DNA of 64,000 bases from Betaproteobacteria bacterium. Its GTDB lineage: Bacteria > Pseudomonadota > Gammaproteobacteria > Burkholderiales > JAHFQX01. The position numbers and the translations under genes are program-made. This document shows, piece after piece, positions 58,926 to 64,000 of this stretch. The stretch is taken from assembly GCA_023259135.1 (NCBI GenBank), contig JAHFQX010000008.1:3191-67190 (forward strand). The letters are read 5' to 3'. The notes beneath the pieces are model-generated. The model did not search any database and had not been told where the DNA came from. It saw nothing but the letters and a program-made list of their open reading frames with translations. How positions within the stretch are numbered: the stretch's first letter is position 1; every line of letters begins with the position of its first letter.

Positions 58926-60275
58926 GTGAAAATCCAACCCCCATCTGCCGGTCCGGCGGGGCCGCGCCGGACCTCCCTGACCGCCGGCGTCGCTCCCCGG
59001 GAAGTCTGGAGTTGGGCCTGCTACGATTTCGCCAATTCCGGCTATACCACGGTGGTCGTTACGGCGGTTTTCAATGCCTATTTCGTCGCGGTGGTGGCGC
59101 AGCGGGCGCCTTGGGCGACCCTGGCTTGGACCACGGCCTTGGGCGTCTCCTACGCCCTCGTCATGGTGGCCGGACCCATCGTCGGGGCTTACGCCGACGC
59201 CCGGGCGGCGAAGAAGCGGCTGCTGGGCTGGACCACGGCGGGCTGCGTGGCGGGGACGGCAGCCCTGGCGTGGGTGGGGCCGGGGGACGTGGCGCTGGGA
59301 ATGGCGCTGGTGATGTTGTCCAATTTGTGCTTTTCCCTGGGAGAGAACTTGATCGCCGCCTTTCTGCCGGAACTGGCCAAGGGGACCGCCCTGGGCCGGG
59401 TCTCCGCCTGGGGCTGGGGATTGGGCTATCTGGGCGGGCTGGGGAGCTTGGCGGCGAGCTTGGTTTACATGAATTGGAAGGGGGGCGAGGCGGCGGATTT
59501 CGTGCCCGGCGCCATGGTGATCACCGCGCTGCTGTTCGCCGTGGCCAGCTTGCCGACGTTCGCGTGGCTCAAGGAACGGGCCACTCCGGTCCGGGCGCCG
59601 GGAGCTGGGGAGGTATTCCGCCGTCTGGCGGATACGCTGCGCCATGTGCGTCGCCACCGGGATCTGGCCCGCTTTTTGGCGTGCATCGCTTGCTATCAGG
59701 CGGGAGTCCAGGCGGTGGTGGCGCTGGCGGCGATTTACGCCCAGGAGGCGATGCATTTCGATACGCGGCAGACGCTGCTGATGATCGTGGCGGTGAACGT
59801 CACCGCCGCCGCCGGGGCGTTGTTGTTTGGCTATGTGCAGGATCGGCTGGGGCATCGGCCGACGCTGGCCTTGACCCTGGTGGCCTGGATCGTCACCGTG
59901 TTGCTGGCTTGGTCGGCGCAAGGCCCCGGCCTGTTTTGGGTGGCGGCCCATCTCGCCGGGCTGTCCTTGGGCGCCAGCCAATCGGCCGGCCGCGCCTTGG
60001 TGGGATACCTGAGTCCCGCCGCCCGGCGGGCGGAATGCTTCGGCCTGTGGGGCTTCGCGGTGAAACTGGCTTCCTTGCTGGGGCCCATGACTTACGGGCT
60101 GGCGACTTGGTTTTCCGGGGGAGATCACCGGATGGCTTTCCTGGTGACCGGAATTTACTTTGTCGCCGGTTTGGTCATTCTGGCGGGGGTGGATGTGCGG
60201 CGGGGCAGGAAAGCGGCGCTGCGGGCCGACGCTGCGGGAGCCTCCCGAAGGGGATGGGCCGCGCCGGCCGGTTGA
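58926..60275 (+). CDS. MFS transporter, UMF1/Atg22-like subfamily
   Basis: 449 aa. The N-terminal motif EVWSWACYDFANSGYTTVV is typical of this subfamily. I chose this frame over the overlapping 58877..60313 frame. Confidence 0.7.
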   Translation: MKIQPPSAGPAGPRRTSLTAGVAPREVWSWACYDFANSGYTTVVVTAVFNAYFVAVVAQRAPWATLAWTTALGVSYALVMVAGPIVGAYADARAAKKRLLGWTTAGCVAGTAALAWVGPGDVALGMALVMLSNLCFSLGENLIAAFLPELAKGTALGRVSAWGWGLGYLGGLGSLAASLVYMNWKGGEAADFVPGAMVITALLFAVASLPTFAWLKERATPVRAPGAGEVFRRLADTLRHVRRHRDLARFLACIACYQAGVQAVVALAAIYAQEAMHFDTRQTLLMIVAVNVTAAAGALLFGYVQDRLGHRPTLALTLVAWIVTVLLAWSAQGPGLFWVAAHLAGLSLGASQSAGRALVGYLSPAARRAECFGLWGFAVKLASLLGPMTYGLATWFSGGDHRMAFLVTGIYFVAGLVILAGVDVRRGRKAALRADAAGASRRGWAAPAG

Positions 60276-60401
60276 GTTCTCGCCGCGCCGGGAGCCTGGC
60301 AAGATGCGCGTAGCGCCGGCGGCCCTTCGATGAAACTCAGGACAGGTCTCGAAGGGGCCGGGAGTTTGCCTCGAACAAGCAAAATTGCGGGAGGGTTGTC
60401 A

Positions 60402-61940
60402 ATGCTGAAATGGTGGGGCGGCAAATCGGATCATCCTTTGGCGGACCCGAAGGAAACGAAGAAACTCCTGGCGGAACTGCCGGCGGGCGACTCCTTCAAA
60501 GCGCTGGAGGAAATCGTCTACTGGCTGGAGTCCCTGGGATCGGCGGAGGATTTTCGCTGTGATGCGCGCCTGCAGGCAGTGGACGCCTTGGATACCGCGG
60601 CCAAGCCGCATCAGCGCCGTTTGAGCCAAGAGTACCTGAGCGTTCAGCGCTTGCAGAAATTCCAGGAGAACCGCATCTGGACCGCCGTGTGTGGTTTCTG
60701 GACGGCGCTGGGAGCGGCTTATGGGCGTTGCGTCCAAGATTACCGGGCGGGGATCAAAGGGGCCGGGGCGATGCGGGGTCAGCTTCCGGCAGCGCTGGCA
60801 CGAGAGGTGCGGGCTACCGGCTTGCGCTTGAAATGGCTGCTGCTGCGCTACGAACCGGTCGAAGAGCGCCTCTGGAGCGATCTGGGCGGCCTGGCCGGAT
60901 TCGCGGAACAAAACGGATGCCTGCAGGATGAAATCATCATTTATCCAGGACAATTCGGGCAGGGCAGCATACAGCGGGAATTGCTGAAACCGCTGCTGTT
61001 GTGGATTTCCGCCCCCGGCAGTTTGCTGCCCACGCAGTTGGAAATCGCCGAGCGAGTGGGGGCCCATTTGTCCGGGAAGGCCACGTTGGCCCCTGAGCCG
61101 GGCCCGGATCGGCCTTATTGTTTCGATCCTGCCTCGGGCCGTCCTCCTGGGCGGCTGCCGCAAGGGACGGAAGCGCCGCTGGGAGCATGGTATTTCGGGG
61201 CCGGGGCCGCCGCCGGGGAGTTGGCCCGGCTGACCGAGCAGGTGATGCGGGGCCGGCTCCCGGAGGATTTCAACCTGGGGGGCAGTTACGACTCGGAGGT
61301 GATTCTGGAGGTGCTGCGTCATCTTGCCCGGCATTGGCAGCCCACGCCGCCCACCCGCCACCATGAGCGCCGGCCGGCGATGGCCCGGCTTTCGGTGGCC
61401 CCCGGCCGTGGGGCGCTGTTGCGCCAAACTGACGGAGGAGGCGACGAGGAAGAGTCGGTGGAAAGCTGGGTGGTGGAAAACGTTAGCGATGGCGGTTATG
61501 GAGCCTTCGTGTCCCGTGTCCAGGGAGATTGGCTGAAGGTCGGTAGCTTGGTGGGGTTGCGGGCCGAGACCGCGCCCCATTGGGGCGTCGGCATTGTCCG
61601 GCGCATGGTGCGAGGCAAGGACGGGATTCGGGTGGGGATCGAAAGCCTATCCGCAGTGGTGCTGCCCGTGGTTTTGGCCGCCGCGGGATCCCGCGCCCTG
61701 GCCCGGCGGGCCGGTGAAGAAGGGGCCGATGGGCGCTCGCTGTTGCTGTCCCGTACCCCGGACGCCACCGGAGAAATCCTCGTCGCTCTGGCTCCCGGTA
61801 ACTATAACCTGGTGCAGGGCCTGGAGATGACGGTGGGGGAGAAACGCTATGGAGTGGTGCCGACCAAGCTGTTGGAATCCGGCGACGACTACGATCTGGC
61901 CAAATTCCGGGTCGTGAAAAAGTTGGGCGGCGAAGGGTGA
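60402..61940 (+). CDS. Hypothetical 512-aa cytoplasmic protein with a possible C-terminal PilZ-like domain
   Basis: GGGAGGG lies 7 nt before ATG 60402. The C-terminal region has RRPAMAR...33 aa...NVSDGG. The second motif fits D/N-x-S-x-x-G. The first is one residue longer than the canonical RRxxxR. The N-terminal ~340 aa is unassigned. Confidence 0.45.
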   Translation: MLKWWGGKSDHPLADPKETKKLLAELPAGDSFKALEEIVYWLESLGSAEDFRCDARLQAVDALDTAAKPHQRRLSQEYLSVQRLQKFQENRIWTAVCGFWTALGAAYGRCVQDYRAGIKGAGAMRGQLPAALAREVRATGLRLKWLLLRYEPVEERLWSDLGGLAGFAEQNGCLQDEIIIYPGQFGQGSIQRELLKPLLLWISAPGSLLPTQLEIAERVGAHLSGKATLAPEPGPDRPYCFDPASGRPPGRLPQGTEAPLGAWYFGAGAAAGELARLTEQVMRGRLPEDFNLGGSYDSEVILEVLRHLARHWQPTPPTRHHERRPAMARLSVAPGRGALLRQTDGGGDEEESVESWVVENVSDGGYGAFVSRVQGDWLKVGSLVGLRAETAPHWGVGIVRRMVRGKDGIRVGIESLSAVVLPVVLAAAGSRALARRAGEEGADGRSLLLSRTPDATGEILVALAPGNYNLVQGLEMTVGEKRYGVVPTKLLESGDDYDLAKFRVVKKLGGEG

Positions 61941-62030
61941 GGGGGGCTATCCGTTGATTGGGAAGCGGTGCGCTCAGGAAATCGGGCCACCCGGCGCACA
62001 GCGACCAAGGCATATGGCCGCGAACCTTCG

Positions 62031-62765
62031 CTAAAGATCTCCCCACAGCGCCTGGATAGCCCCCAGGGCCGCGATTCCCGCGGTTTCGGTGCGCAAGATG
62101 CGGGGTCCCAGGGCCACCGGGCGAAAGCCGGCTGCCGTGATGTCCATTGCTTCCTCCGGCGCAAAGCCGCCCTCCGGGCCCACCAGCAGCAACAGCCGGT
62201 TGGGCGGCGGCAGATGCTTCAGCGCTTGTCCCCCCTCGGGCAGCAGAACCCAGCGCTGCTCCCCGGCCGCTGTCGGAGGCAGCGTCGTCAACCATCGTCG
62301 CAGGGGGAGGACAGGGGGCACCCCGGGGATCCGATTGCGGCCGCATTGCTCGCACGCCGAAATAGCCACTCGCTGCCAATGCTCGGTTTTCTTCGTCGCC
62401 CGCTCGGCTCCGAGAGGCGGGCTGCGCAGACAGGCCAGCGGTTGAATGGCGACCACTCCCAGCTCGCTACTTTTCTGCACGGCAAAGTCCATCCGCTCGG
62501 CGCCGGCAATACCCTGCGCCAAGGTGACCGGCAGGGGCGATTCCCGTTCCACGGCCCGGTGGCCGTCCAGCGTCACCACCATCTCCCGCTTGCCGGTTCG
62601 CAGCACCCGGGCCGGATACTCGCCCCCCGTGCCGTCGAACAGCACCAAGGCATCGCCGGGCCTGAGCCGTAAAGCCCCGCCGGCGTGGCGTGCGGCGGCT
62701 TGGGGGAGAACCAGGGGTTGATGGGAGGCGAGCGGAGCGGAATGGAAGATGCGGGGAATGGCCAT
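62031..62765 (-). CDS. rsmE: 16S rRNA (uracil1498-N3)-methyltransferase RsmE
   Basis: 244 aa from ATG 62765 (track start 63245 trimmed). MAIPRIFHS..., LRLRPGD, LLLVGPEGGFAPEE. Confidence 0.85.
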   Translation of the reverse strand: MAIPRIFHSAPLASHQPLVLPQAAARHAGGALRLRPGDALVLFDGTGGEYPARVLRTGKREMVVTLDGHRAVERESPLPVTLAQGIAGAERMDFAVQKSSELGVVAIQPLACLRSPPLGAERATKKTEHWQRVAISACEQCGRNRIPGVPPVLPLRRWLTTLPPTAAGEQRWVLLPEGGQALKHLPPPNRLLLLVGPEGGFAPEEAMDITAAGFRPVALGPRILRTETAGIAALGAIQALWGDL

Positions 62766-62810
62766 GGATGCGCGGGGCTGGGCGTGACGGCCCATGATAC
62801 ACTGGGAGCC

Positions 62811-63638
62811 ATGGGAAAAAGCAGGAAAACGCCGCCCGCCGCCGGCCAAGACGGCATGCTGGATGCGGTGATCGGGGCCGTCAAGGATGTGGCGGCCAAG
62901 GAAGTCATGCCGCGTTATCTGCGGGTCGCCCATCAGCGCAAATCCGACGGCAGCGTGTTTACCGAGGCCGACATCGCCGCCCAGGAGGCGCTGGCCCTCC
63001 GGCTCAGGGACATTTTTCCCGGCGCCATCGTCGGAGAGGAAATGACCGCCGACGAGCAGGCCCAGCAATGGCTGGCCGGAGATACCGGGCTGTGGTGCGT
63101 GGACCCCATCGACGGCACGTCCAATTTCGTCAACGGCCTGCCTTACTTCGCCGTGTCGGTGGCCCTGATGCGCCAGGGCCGCAGCGTGCTGGGGGTGGTC
63201 TACGACCCCGTCGCCGACGAGGTGTTCTACGCCCGGCAAGGCCACGGCGCTTTCCTCAACGGCGAGACGCTGCCCATCAAGGAATACGCTCCGGCGCTGC
63301 GCAACGCCATGGCCAACGTGGATTTAAAACGCCTCACGCCTCGCCTGGCTCAGCAGTTGGCCGCGGTGCCGCCGTATTCGTCCCATCGCAACCTGGGCGC
63401 CAGCACCTTGGAATGGTGCTACACGGCGGCGGGCCGTTTCGATGTTTATCTTCACGGCCGCCAGAAACTATGGGATTTCGCCGCCGGGGCGCTGATCCTG
63501 GAGGAGGCCGGCGGGTCCATGTGCACCCTGGAGCATGACGCTTTCTGGACCGGCAATCTCTGGGAGCATTCCGTCATCGCCGCCCTCGACCCGGCGCTGT
63601 TCGCCGCCTGGAAAACCTGGGTACGCGCCCGGTTATAA
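62811..63638 (+). CDS. Inositol monophosphatase family protein (second copy, distinct from suhB)
   Basis: 275 aa from ATG 62811 (GGGAG upstream). Motifs [24 protein letters not shown]. Confidence 0.8.
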   Translation: MGKSRKTPPAAGQDGMLDAVIGAVKDVAAKEVMPRYLRVAHQRKSDGSVFTEADIAAQEALALRLRDIFPGAIVGEEMTADEQAQQWLAGDTGLWCVDPIDGTSNFVNGLPYFAVSVALMRQGRSVLGVVYDPVADEVFYARQGHGAFLNGETLPIKEYAPALRNAMANVDLKRLTPRLAQQLAAVPPYSSHRNLGASTLEWCYTAAGRFDVYLHGRQKLWDFAAGALILEEAGGSMCTLEHDAFWTGNLWEHSVIAALDPALFAAWKTWVRARL

Positions 63639-63741
63639 GCCCGCCGGGTTTTACCCGATCGAGCGCGTCTTGGGGGATACGGGCGGCTGACGCTTCGGGT
63701 AAAATCGGGCCCCTTTCAATATCATCCTCGGGGCAATCATC

Positions 63742-64000
63742 ATGGAAGCGGAACAACTCAATGCCATCGGCCATCGGCTTGGCGATTTGCAGCAGCGCGC
63801 CGAGGCTTTGCGGAGGTATCTTTGACTTCGCCGCCAAATCCGACCGCCTGGACGAAGTAGTCAGGGCCCTGGAAGACCCGGCGGTCTGGAGCGACCCCAA
63901 GCGGGCCCAGGAGTTGGGGCGGGAGCGCAAATCCCTGGAAGCCGTGGTGTTGGGGCTGCAAAAACTGTCCCAGAGCTTGTCCGACGCCCGGGAGTTGTTC
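63742..64000 (+). CDS. prfB: Peptide chain release factor 2, 5' part, with a programmed +1 frameshift (continues past the window end)
   Basis: Frame 0 reads [27 protein letters not shown] and ends at TGA 63823-63825. The +1 frame from 63824 reads [41 protein letters not shown]..., which is a typical RF2 N-terminus. The ORF track does not call it. Confidence 0.9.
63811..63826 (+). other. RF2 autoregulatory +1 frameshift site
   Basis: cGGAGG TAT CTT TGA C. An internal Shine-Dalgarno-like GGAGG sits 3 nt before the slippery CTT, followed by the in-frame TGA with a 3' C. This matches the canonical prfB recoding signal. Confidence 0.85.

Noticed and set aside
58877-60313. Same-strand alternative frame (478 aa) overlapping the MFS gene at 58926..60275.
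   Set aside because: Its translation is Gly/Arg/Pro-rich with no hydrophobic helices. The 58926 frame gives a 12-TM protein with the YDFANSGY UMF1 motif.

Overview
This is a 64-kb, high-GC chromosomal window from a proteobacterium. The gene content points to a betaproteobacterium: four tandem Bug/TctC-type binding proteins, hemC-D-X-Y back-to-back with ppc, and a suhB/trmJ-cysE-iscR neighbourhood. I cannot name the organism. I can support about 60 protein genes, 2 tRNA-Ser genes, and a few promoters, operators and hairpin terminators. Two genes are missed by the ORF track: prfB with its programmed +1 frameshift at the right edge, and a truncated TonB-dependent receptor at the left edge. I saw no rRNA, CRISPR array, transposase, integrase or phage structural gene. 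Layout: 0-1.8 kb OprC-type copper receptor plus a DUF2946-like protein. 2-7.4 kb split B12 acyl-CoA mutase, MeaB, CoA-transferase, AzlCD. 7.6-13.1 kb orphan TRAP DctP, IclR regulator, tRNA-Ser(UGA), three oxidoreductases. 13.1-21.7 kb metal efflux cluster (His-rich periplasmic protein, RND adaptor, CusA-like pump, DUF3240-like protein, outer-membrane factor, P1B ATPase). 21.7-28.6 kb hemYXDC and ppc. 28.7-30.5 kb PAS-GGDEF cyclase, HTH protein, tRNA-Ser(CGA). 30.6-41.2 kb nfu-sufU-sufS-sufD-sufC-sufB-sufA-iscS-like-iscR, then cysE, trmJ, suhB. 41.2-49.4 kb mini-secretin-like protein, TauE, MFS transporters, CoA-transferase, PEBP, PG-binding lysozyme-like protein, methyltransferase. 49.4-58.8 kb one long minus-strand operon: dctQ-dctM-acyl-CoA dehydrogenase-citryl-CoA-lyase-like-Bug-CoA-transferase-Bug-Bug-Bug. 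58.9-64 kb UMF1-type MFS, large hypothetical protein with a PilZ-like end, rsmE, IMPase-family gene, prfB. The best candidates for undescribed biology are: (a) the split B12 mutase, whose substrate-pocket residues differ from every characterised acyl-CoA mutase I can recall, in an operon with MeaB, a CoA-transferase and AzlCD; (b) the TRAP DctQM permease pair with no DctP but four Bug/TctC binding proteins in the same terminator-bounded operon; (c) a cytoplasmic DUF3240-like protein translationally coupled between the RND pump and its outer-membrane factor; (d) an isc-locus context whose scaffold module is replaced by a suf module using SufS-SufU. All family calls rest on motifs recognised by eye. 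No database search, HMM or statistics were run. I trimmed many ORF-track starts to the first start codon that gives a sensible N-terminus or RBS.
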